A stretch of DNA of 53,903 bases from Chara braunii (Eukaryota; Plantae; Charophyceae). Positions within the stretch are counted from its first letter, which is position 1, and every line of letters begins with the position of its first letter. Under the pieces are notes generated by a model. That model saw nothing but the letters and a program-made list of their open reading frames with translations. It was not told where the DNA came from and did not search any database. The stretch is taken from the NCBI GenBank assembly GCA_003427395.1, contig BFEA01000034.1, positions 4,908,992 to 4,962,894 on the forward strand, read 5' to 3'. Shown here in pieces: positions 36,008 through 46,703 of the stretch. A program made the position numbers and the translations under genes.

Positions 36008-38356
36008 TAATGAACTGACTTTGGCCGGCTTTGATTTTCTTTCCTGGAACCATCGAATGGGTTTCAGAAGGTCCTGATGGATGTTGAGGTGCCGGGCCCA
36101 TCGGTCGTTTATCACCTCTCGTAAGTGTCGTTTGGGCCTTAGCATCTTATAGGCAGATTTCACAGTCATTTTGTGTAAGTACACCCAGTTGGGGGGCGCG
36201 CCTGGCCGGAGTTGCGGCAATTTCCAGCGCCATTCCAGAGGGTCCAGAGCCAGTTCGTGAATACCTCTTTCTGGACAGAACGCCACGCGTTCGTTGTCTT
36301 TCTCCAACACTCTTACCCTCCTCAGGCTTGCCTTGTCTTGCCATACGAAGGGGCCCCTGTTACCTTGCAATGTTTTATCCTCTTTTATCATGTAGTACTC
36401 AAGCAAGGCGTGCTGTGCCGTTGTGTCATGGACTCGGGCGACCGTGCCGGGCCGGTCTTGTTGGGCCACCCAATCGTCCTCTTTTATTGTGGGCCCTCGT
36501 TTAAGGTTTTGGTACCAGGCTAGCGGGATTCTTTCGATTATTTCGTCGAGGTGGTCCTGGGTGTGATGACAGTATTTTAGCTGTCTCTTATACACATCTA
36601 GATGTGTATAAGAGACAGCCAATCGTCCTCTTTTATTGTGGGCCCTCGTTTAAGGTTTTGGTACCAGGCTAGNGGGATTCTTTCNATTATTTCGTCGAGG
36701 NGGTCCTGGNTGNGATGACAGTATTTTAGCNTNGTTTTCAGTTGTGTTGACGTCTTCCAACCCCTTCTCTCACAATCCCATAGGTCCCCTACCCTGAATA
36801 TTCCCTTCTTGACCCAACTTGCCCATGGGGAGGCGGAGCTGTTCATTATTTGTCCCCTGCCGTCAGTTAACCACCTGTTTCCAAAAAGGGGCTGTCGAAA
36901 AGTTTCCTCCCAACGTTCTGGCGGCGGTCAATCCGGGAGAGGAAGTCTGCGCCAACTTTTCAGGAGGTCNGNCCAGAAGAGTTCNTTTTGTTGCTCGGCT
37001 CCGTACCGGGATATTTTGCGTGGGATGATCCAAAACTGGTTGTCTATCCATGCGAGCGAGTCTGTCCCCGCAGGGGATTCTGGTGCCACAAACGACTGGC
37101 TTGTGGATCGCACCACCCTGGAACAAAAAGGGCTGCTGACACCATGGTGCCCGCGATGTTTGAAAACCTTCCCCCCCAATAAAAGGATAGAAACCATCGA
37201 GCACATCTCTATGCAGTGCCCCATTGCTCTGTTTGTATGGAGGTGGTGGGACCGAGTGTGGCGAAGGATGGGAGCACGGACGGAGTGGCCATGGTCATGG
37301 CAGGCCATCCTAGCTGGGTGTGCCTCCTTACCTTGGATAAAGTTCTAGTGGAAGGGGCCGAAATCTTTGAACAAATCAAGCAACAGATCCAGCTAGAAAT
37401 AATGCGCAGATGGGAGGCAGCAAAAAACCATCTGGACCAGTTTAAACAAATCGAGGACATTTAAAGGGCGCTGACGAGTTTCTGCACTGACTGGTTGGGG
37501 GGAGAAAGGGGGGGGTGGGTGGAGGGGAAGATATAGAAGAGCAGTTGATCCCAGACGCAGCTAGGGATTATCGTCTAGCCTTTAAGGATTGGACGTGCAT
37601 AGACCCCACATTCCCACTCCGCCCAGCAGCAGACTTTGTGGATCCCTGCCCGCCCCATCACCTGGCCCTGGTAGAATATTGCACATGATTACCCCGTTTC
37701 CCTTCCCCTAACTGTGAAACGAAGCGTCAAGGGAGAGGAAGGGACCCCACTGGTGCCCCCCGGTGGGTCCTTCCCTCTCCCTTTGAAAACGGAGTAAGGA
37801 GAAAAGGCGAGATGAAGCCGGCGCTAGGATTACGGTGAGGAGTTTGCTGGTCTGAGGAGTTTGCTGGCCAGATTGTTTTGAGAGCGGTGGTGTGAGGCAG
37901 CAGGTATTAGGCGCCCGGGTTCTCTCCCTCTTTCAAGCAAGCCTGCTCAGTCAATCCTCTGAATATCAGAGTAATCAATGCTGGCAGGTACTTCTCTCAC
38001 AGACTCAAATCCCTTATCTATCTTCTCATCTATAGTTTCCGCTGAGGGAAGAAACAGGGAGGATAAGAGTTAGCGGGCAATAGCAGATATCAGGCGCCCG
38101 GTACAGGGCAAAGAGGCTCTTTCCCCTCCGCCCAATGTCCTGCACAGTTAATCCTCTGGATTCAGAGTAATCAATGCTGGCAGGTACCCCTCAAGGTTCC
38201 GATTCTGATACTACCCAAGGTCACCCAAGGTCATTTTTGTAAAGGGGACGCTGGACCCGTTTTCCAGCAGGTGATGCTCCCCACCAATAGATGGAGCCCC
38301 TCCTCAGGTAGTAGCGGTGTCTGCCCTTACCAGCACCACTAGTTCCGAAAGGAGAT

Positions 38357-38389
<33 letters not shown>
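36008..38389 (+). mobile_element. 5'-truncated, 5'-inverted L1/Tx1 insertion
   Basis: 36008-~37075 is antisense ORF2 ending KVSSL; sense part from ~37085 (TNDWL) to poly(A); perfect TSD GATAAAGCATAGTCTT at 35992-36007 and 38390-38405. Confidence 0.9.
36581..36618. other. Nextera mate-pair junction adapter, artefact (with ~110-bp local duplication)
   Basis: CTGTCTCTTATACACATCTAGATGTGTATAAGAGACAG. Confidence 0.99.
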
Positions 38390-38391
<2 letters not shown>

Positions 38392-39053
38392 TAAAGCATA
38401 GTCTTCTATATTTTTTACATACTAATCATCATCATCATCATCATCATAAGTATCATTATCTCAAAAGTTCATCATCATCATCATCATCATATGAGGGACG
38501 CCGAGCCCTGTTCTCAGCATGATCAGTTTGGTCGCTCCGGGTAGACTGTGAGGACCCTGGCCTCAATCTTCTTATTGGTAATATCAGCCTTGGGCATTGG
38601 GCCCATTTAAAAAAAAAACAAAAAAAGGAGCTGGGGCAAGGTGGCACTAGCAAAGAGGAATTAGGATTTAATGCCTGAATGTGGACAAGTTCGCAGTGAG
38701 GTGAAGAAACTCACAAGTGATCTGCTGTTCTGCATCTCTCCATAAAATGCATCCAGATGCATTCACTTAATCCAATCCTCTTTGCTACTAGTTCACACTT
38801 CAAAAGCATGAATGATGATGATGATGATGATGATAAACTTCTGCTGATTCTATGTAAACTGTGAGATAATGACACTAATGATGATGATGATGATGATGAC
38901 GATTATGATGATGATTAGTATGTCAAAAATATAGAAGACTGTGCTATATCAGCAATTCTGGCCTCCTAATCCAAGAACAACTCGTAGCCCTCCCTGTACG
39001 AGTACATTAAATCTTAGAGACAAATTGAATACCATCCTAACCAACGTCAACCA

Positions 39054-39800
39054 TTGCACCTGCTGGCAGTAACAAGACTACCAATGCTAATGGCTGTGTG
39101 GCAAATGAGATGTGCGCATGAGCACAGGCAGCATACATATGGTTACATGGAGGCTCGGGCCTCGATTCTAGAAACAATCATCGTCAACACACAGGAGGCC
39201 TGGCAAGAGCTCAGAAATATGCTACGGAAGGAATCAAATATAAACAAACGGAATGGACTCTCGGATAACTTTCGCTGTATCTGGGTGGACAGTGCACAAA
39301 AACTCTGCGAATTGGATCATAATAACCAGCTGGGATGGAAACAGTGGATGCTGATGGAATCACAATGGGAACGATTACCAAGAAGCCATTTTCAGTTCCC
39401 ATTCCAACCAACCACTTCATCCTTCTCCCGGCCTGACATCCCCCTCACATTTCCAAACCCTCTTTCCCTCTTGCACCTCTCCAAACTCTCCCCCTAACCC
39501 TTCCTCAATCCTGCCCCGGTACCCTCCCTCCCCTCCCTTCCCGACCACACCCGCTTCCCACCCTCATCGCAGAAGGCCGGCCAAGCAGGGACTTCCCACT
39601 GGTGGAGCTGCAGAGGGGATTACTCTCCAGAGATAGAGGATGCAGCCAGCTCCCACTACACATCGATTCTCGGACAACAGACTGTTCCTCACAGCTGGAA
39701 GGTTGGCAGACCAGTGGAGACAGACTCAGACAGTGTTTATGATCGACAATAGAACGACAACGTGACAATGTGAAAACACAATGACACAATGACACAATGC
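39054..39800 (+). mobile_element. 3' end of a different L1/Tx1-like family
   Basis: LMAVWQMRC...FRCIW resembles the ORF2 C-terminal WxxRN...FxxxW region; short (GACACAAT)n tail. Confidence 0.5.
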
Positions 39801-40836
39801 CATGGGTTTATGGGTGGGTGGGAACAAGGGGGGGCTGAGGCCACCCCATACCAACGATTGGGTTTTTTGGGCTTCGGGAGGGTGGGAACATAAGGATGTC
39901 CGTACCTAGGTCAATTAAACCACCAGTATCTTTCCCCATATGTCGGCCGGGGGCATTGCGCGCCGGCCCGAAAATCAAGACTGGCCGCCAATTCTATCCA
40001 TCGGCGGCCGCCCTTCAGGCCAGCACGTTACCCAACGCCTCTGCAAAATAGCTGGGAAAGGTACTTGTGGTTTATGTGCTGCATCAAATGGGAAATTGCC
40101 TGCGCATTTTGTTCAGTATTTTTTGTTGGAGTCCTTCGTATGGCAACTTGCAGGAAATGGCACCTTCCATTTTCAAGTTCTTGTAGAATAACTCATGCCT
40201 TAGCGAGCGTGACTTATTTGAAATTGCTTTTTGATATGAATTGATGAATGCCTGCATCAGGGACGTCTCTAATTGGTAGTGTGGACAGGGATATGGGCCC
40301 AGTGCCCAAGGCTGAATTATATCAGTGCCAGGAAACGGGCCCGGCGTCCCTCGCAATGATTATAGAGAAAAGCAGTAAGTATAACTGTATAAGGTGTGGA
40401 ACCCCATTGGGGAGACAAAATTGCTGATAGACTGCGGGAGACTATCTAACATACCCCGTCCTGCCTGGCTAACTCTGAGAACCCCCCAATGGAAGCAGAG
40501 CCTTCAAACTGCATTAAATTTTTGAATACTCTCAACCACACTTCACACCGCATATTATTGTAATAATATGGCACGATGCACCTGACTTCCACGTAACAGC
40601 ACATGCACATTTTAAACAATGGCACATCACAAAACACAGCAACACATGGCAACAAACAGACAGAATACAGCTGTCCTCCAGACAACAGCACATAGTACAC
40701 ACTAAAGTTTAACACCCAGGAACACTCTCAACCACGCTTCACACAGTACATTGCAATATAGCACGAGCCTCAGGCACCTGAATTCCACGCAACAGCGCAG
40801 ACACATTTTACACAATAGCACAATTAGACACAACAA

Positions 40837-40935
40837 TAGATGGAGCCGCTCCCCAGGTGCTAGTGGTGTCTGCTCTTATCAGCAACCCTAACACAGGTGG
40901 GGGTATTGTTTCAAAAAAAAAAAAAAAAAAAAAAA
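40837..40935 (+). mobile_element. ~100-bp 5'-truncated LINE 3' end
   Basis: TAGATGGAGCC...poly(A) flanked by 11-bp TSD AGACACAACAA. Confidence 0.85.
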
Positions 40936-41993
40936 AGACACAACAACACACGGCAACAATCAGACAGATGGTGATTGAAAGCCAACAGCTTATAATTGCA
41001 TCAGTGGTTCCGGTTACTCGTAGAATCCTTAAACAAAATCAGGAGTGGTAGAGGCGGGGCCGCTCACCCCCCAGCCCTCTCATGTATACAGTCCCTTCTT
41101 GTTCACACTGTTTTCATTTCAGACATTGTACTCTATAGGGACGCTGGACCCGATTTCCAGCAGGCCCTGCTCCCCACCAATAGATGGAGCCTCCCCTTTA
41201 TTTCTAGAGGTGCCTGCTCTTATCAGCACCCCTAGCAGCGGCTCGGGCCGTTCTTTATCAAAAAGAAGAAGAAGAAGAAGAAGAAGAAGAAGAAGAAGAA
41301 GAAGAAGAAGAAGAAGAAGAAGAAGAGGGGAAAATTTGTCTGGCGCCCCTGTAATTTCCATTATTTTGCGCCGCGCCCCTCACCACGGCCGATTTACCCT
41401 GTCGCGCCCCTCTGACCACGATTCAAATTTCCCATAACACCCCGGTGTAGGTAGGGCCTGAAATAGTAGTATAACACAAAACTTTTTCATGACAATGAGG
41501 GCTTTCCTCTCATAGTACCATCATCATGAATTCACCATCGCCAGAAAAATAGCGATTTCCACCCTTCTGCCCTTGTACTACTCAGGTTGAGAAGTGCTCT
41601 TGCACTCGTTCAATATATACTACTTTCGCTGCAAGACTCCCGCCTACCTCTGCTGTAAATTTCCAAATAACTACGACGAAATATTGAAAAATCTGAAAAT
41701 GCAACGGGCAAAAAAGACAAAAAAGGCAAAAAAGGCAAAAAAAAGGCAACGAGGTAATCCTCGAAAAAATATATGCCGACAATTTGCCCAGCGCAGGCCT
41801 CGGGGTTCCGCCGCCGGAAGTATTACTGAGTCGATCTTTACCCGTGACGCGGCTCCCAGAAGTTACCGCAAGCATGACCAGTCCTGTATCCCAATGTCGA
41901 GGCTGGCGAATCGTCAGTAGACGTTGAGCCTAGTCAGGAGGCATGTCAGGCCCAGTTCTCAGCTCAGGGTCCAGTTCCTGCTCAGATCTGATC

Positions 41994-44290
41994 TCAGTCC
42001 CCGTCATACCATTTCTTCAGTTTACTGGCCAGTTCTCCCCAGTAGCCGCCGGATCTCTTTCCGACTTTCACCACTCCTGCGATAAAAGCCTCCTTGGGGT
42101 ACCCGAGAATCCTGAGTTCCCTGCTTAGGGAGATCAGCCCCAGCCAGGCTGCCCACTTTGAATTTGTGTTCTGTTTGATTCTCCAGATCGTTCCTGCTAT
42201 AACAGCCCATTTTTGGCCCTTATCGCCAAAGGATCCATAATCTTTGATGGTTTTGAAATGCTGGGAAGTCGGCGACAATAAGGTTGGTTTCCAGGAAGGA
42301 AATCAGCCCACTGCCGGCCTCCGTTCGCTCCAGTGTGAGATCTTGATGGTAACAGTTGCCTATGGTATCCAATCTGGCCTGCGCCTTTTCTTCTTCATTT
42401 GGAATGGACCCGTTGTACCATGTTGCTAGCAGTAGGTCATCCATGAATCTGTCCCCTTGGATCAGTTTCGCATCACTACCCAGATCATTCAGAAAACGAG
42501 ATTCGGAGAAAATACAGAGAATGCATGCCAGCGCTGGGCTAGCCTTCCCACCCATCGGGATTCCTATCCTCTGCACTAGCGTCTCCCCCTTTGCTAGAAA
42601 AAATATGTGATTCAGTTGAAACTCAACCATAGATCGTAGATGGGATAATCTAATCGATCGCCAGCCATCTTCACCGTGAGATTTTCCGAAAGTGGCTTTC
42701 TTGCTTCTTAACTTAATCCTCACCCACCAGATACCCCTCTTGTGGAACGAGTCAATCAACCAAGACACAGCAGTGAGAATTTCTTCGTGAGGTAATTTTG
42801 AAAACATCTCCTTTATATCATATGTTCTGAGAATGATCCGACCATCCATCCCGAATTCTGTGTTTTTTTTTGTTAATTCTCTCAATCTGGGATTTCAGGG
42901 CACCTGTGGATGGAAGATTAAAATTTCGTTCTCTCAAGTTTTTTATCAGAAAGTGTAGTGCTTTGCTCAAGCAGCTAAACAAAGACCTTGCGGGGTTAGA
43001 AAACGTTGGGACTATTGGCCTGCGTTTTTCAAGGTCCTTGTCCTTAGGGATCACATAGGCCGCTTGCAACTTCCCTTTTCCATCCCATTTAGCAATCTGA
43101 TTAAACTTCTTTTGTTTGTATTCTGTCTTCATATTCTTCATAATTTCATTCTCTGTGCTTTCACATTTTTCATAGCTGCTATTCTTGTTGAACATTTAAT
43201 CCATGCCATTCAGGTATCTGATCGGACATTCGACAATTGTTTCTCCACTGTTCCTATCGGCCGGAGACAGAACCAAACCCTCGAGTGCTTTCTTAATCCC
43301 AAAGACATATTCCGTACTGACTGCCCCTTCCTTGTCCTTTGGTGTGTCCCATCCTGCCTGATGCAAGTGCATAACAAATCGCTCCTGGGCATGGATCAGT
43401 CCCATAGCCCTCAGCGGAGCTATGGCATCATTGCAGGCTTTATTTACATCCAGCCTGCTAGCCAATCCGCCGGGCACTGGGGAGTTCTTCGAGTTACAGA
43501 GAAGGGCTGGAACATGGTCCAGTTCACTAAGTCGTATCCTAACATGCCCATCAACTTTGGGCAGATCGAAGTCATCACAAGAACAGACAACATGCTGCTG
43601 TTTTGCAAAGTGCTTCTGATTGTGCAGGATGTCAGCGATAGTCGGAGCCTTATTCCAGACTATTCTGAACCGCTGCTGCAGGATACTACTCAGCTTCTTG
43701 TGCTCGATTTTCTGTCCCACCCAGTCACATAGTGATTTTTTCACTTGCGATTTATTTATAGATGGATTGTATGGGATCTTTGCAGTCAACCAGATTCTTG
43801 GGTTGATTCCAAATTTTTTCTTCATGGTTCTAGTGAGGATTCCGCGTGTGATTTGTCGGTCCCTATGAGAGGTTAGTGATTTAACTGTCATCTCCATGTC
43901 AACCAGCTCATCCAGTGATTTTTTCATCAGTTCACGTCTCTTCCATGGTGCACGAAGTAATGCAATTACCTCGGCTTTCATCCTTTCCTGCTTACCCTTC
44001 GTTCGTTTGATGTCCCATAATAACCAGTTACCTCCTTCTTGTATCAATTCTTTCGCGTCCTTTAGTAGCATCCTCTTGCCATCTTTCTCGATGATACTAA
44101 AACCAAAAACCAGTTTTATTAATCTCCAGGACTTCAGCCAAACACCTCCTTGGTTGTTATCAATTCTTACCTGCTTTTTCGTTCTTTGTGCAGTATGCCC
44201 CTGCTGGATAGCTTTTGAATACCAACACAAAAAAAATTCATATGCCCCCACCGGTAGGGTGCATCTTTTCAGTGCACCTCTATGGCTATG
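41994..44290 (-). mobile_element. Penelope-like element A (Chlamys-type), linker plus RT; 5' end lost
   Basis: YVIPKDKDLEKRRPIV, YDIKEMFSKLPH, GIPMGGKASPALA, RFMDD, ELRILGYP; upstream CSC...DGH motif; no C-terminal endonuclease. Confidence 0.9.
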
Positions 44291-44302
44291 CGCATGGCAG
44301 AC

Positions 44303-44359
<57 letters not shown>

Positions 44360-44719
44360 NNNNNNNNNNNNNNNNNNNNNNNNNNNNNNNNNNNNNNNNN
44401 NNNNNNNNNNNNNNNNNNNNNNNNNNNNNNNNNNNNNNNNNNNNNNNNNNNNNNNNNNNNNNNNNNNNNNNNNNNNNNNNNNNNNNNNNNNNNNNNNNNN
44501 NNNNNNNNNNNNNNNNNNNNNNNNNNNNNNNNNNNNNNNNNNNNNNNNNNNNNNNNNNNNNNNNNNNNNNNNNNNNNNNNNNNNNNNNNNNNNNNNNNNN
44601 NNNNNNNNNNNNNNNNNNNNNNNNNNNNNNNNNNNNNNNNNNNNNNNNNNNNNNNNNNNNNNNNNNNNNNNNNNNNNNNNNNNNNNNNNNNNNNNNNNNN
44701 NNNNNNNNNNNNNNNNNNN

Positions 44720-44763
<44 letters not shown>

Positions 44764-44804
44764 ACACACGTGCATAGTGGCCACTTCCTCTCTCTCTCTC
44801 TCTC

Positions 44805-45993
44805 TGTTACATGACCAGTTGGGCGATGTACATATATAACCGAGGATCCGCAATGTGATGAAAAGGACTGAATGGACAATGCAGTGCAAGTGAAATCTCA
44901 ATAAGCAGTGTACATCCTGTTACATACAAAAATGGTGCTTTATAGCGCAGTGGAAGAGTTAGATACAAGTCCTGACCTGACCGGGACTGACCTCTCTCAC
45001 TTAGTGCAAGGCAGCGCAGCAGAATGCTAGAATACTAATGACTAGCCCAATCAATGTCGCAGTACAGACCAAACATACGTCATCCTCATCACAAGGTGTG
45101 AAGGGGCCTGGCACTACACACAGGAAGAATGCGCCGGGTCCAGCCCATACACAGACGAAGTGGAGGGGAGCAGACGAAGAAGACGGGGGAAGATGGGAAT
45201 GTCGTCAACATTAAGTCTTCGTTACAAGTCCTAGATAATCCCTCGTCAAATGTCTGAAGCCCAATGTCGAGTCTGGATCCAAATGTCACCAAGCCCACTC
45301 TCTCATAGTCTCCTGATGCAGTGAAGTCAGGTAATGAGAGGGTGAGAGGGAGATGGTGGACTGAGAAGAGGAAGAAGAACTCGCTCTCTCTCTCATGTGT
45401 CTGGTACTAACCTGTGAAGATGGCGCCGTGCTGCAGGTACCTCGAAGGCGAAGCTGGAGCTATGGCGCTGCAGGTAAGTCTCCCCGGCCTCCGCCCAATC
45501 TCTCTCTCTCTAATACTACTCTAGCTCCTAATAGCGCCCAGCTCTGAAGACTACTGCTAACGCTACTAGCGCCCAGCGCTGAAGACTACTGCTAGTGCTA
45601 CTACCACTCCTGCAGCGCTCCTCCAGAGTGCTGTTGCCGAATCCTGAAGACTACCTCCTGCCTCCTGAACTGCACGTGAAGTGCCTGGGAAGTACCTAGG
45701 AACTACCTGCAGCCTCCTGGGCGGGCCAGTTCTATATCGTCCTGGCCCGTCCAGGAGGTTGCTCTTGCCAATGACGAAACGTGCCAGACCCAGGCGTTGA
45801 AGCTCAACCAAGGGTTGTCTTGAAAACAGGCCTAAAATGGCCTGTGCTAAGACCCTGGTCTGGTGCCTGAGTTTCAGGGCAGGTCGATCTTATGAGGGCC
45901 TGAAAATGGCCCTCCGTTTCAGGCTGAAAAGACGCAGGACCGGAAAGGAAATGGTTAGAGCATAGCAACAAACGTTGCACAGCTCATCTCACG
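44805..45993 (-). mobile_element. Possible solo LTR
   Basis: Minus strand begins CGTGAGATGAG (TG-like) and ends TGTAACA; non-coding; no TSD seen. Confidence 0.3.
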
Positions 45994-46656
45994 TAATGGT
46001 AGTGAGGGTAATAGAACGAAAAAATAAGAAAGACGAGCTCAACATCAGCAGGGAGGATATCGTCTGGGGTTTCTAGGTCGTCTACTATCTTCCTCTCTTC
46101 TAGTCTTAGCAATAACATAACGTAAGGTACCATAGGAAATTTCAGAAAAAATCCTAAATACTCGTAGCCAGAAAATGATAGCGTCTAGGAGCCATAAAAA
46201 AAACTTACACCATTCCATTATGTTGATACAGCAAACTCAAAAAGCCAGGTAGCTAACAAAGCACGAGGTAGGACGCATAGGGAGTGTTGATTACACGAAA
46301 GAAGATACAACAAAGTGTAGACAAGCATGTGGCAAGCATAAGGCGAAACCGACGGGGAGCATTAACACAACAGGTGGGGAGGAAGAAGATGATGATGGGT
46401 GAGGAGGAAGAGGTGCATTTTGGGATGGATTGGAAGCGAGGTAGGGGTTGGGCAGGAAAGAAGTGTAGTGAGGGAAGGAAACGAGTAAGAAACAAGAAGT
46501 TCAACCAGTAGTCGTAAAAAATCTTGAAGCCTGAGCAATATAATTAAATGTCATCGTTGAGCACAAGAACCATCCATCAGTTGAGCACAAGAACCATCCA
46601 TCATGGTAGCCAGGCGTAAGACCTGGATCGCATGGAGGGAGGTTAGTCGGCAACAA

Positions 46657-46703
46657 CCCGACATGTTTTGAATGGCGCCGAAAGACCACTCATCATCAGG
46701 GGC
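46657..46703 (-). ncRNA. Minimal type I hammerhead of PLE type (G12 mutated)
   Basis: Minus strand CCC CTGATGA T GAGTGG TCTTTCGGCG CCATTC AAAAC AT GTC GGG; palindromic stem III ACATGT. Confidence 0.75.

Noticed and set aside
25722-41191. Recurrent 55-bp repeat as a CRISPR array
   Set aside because: Copies are dispersed, on both strands and tied to poly(A) tails; no regular spacers or cas genes
41328-41434. Mutator-like terminus (GGGAAAATTTG...CAAATTTCCC)
   Set aside because: Short inverted repeat only; no 9-bp TSD or partner end confirmed
41790-41920. Hammerhead downstream of PLE A (CTGACGA on minus strand)
   Set aside because: No GAAA core with matching stems I and III found
41994-44290. 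Group II intron, retron or telomerase RT
   Set aside because: Motifs, thumb region and homology to the GIY-YIG-bearing element B fit a Penelope-like RT; no intron domain V seen
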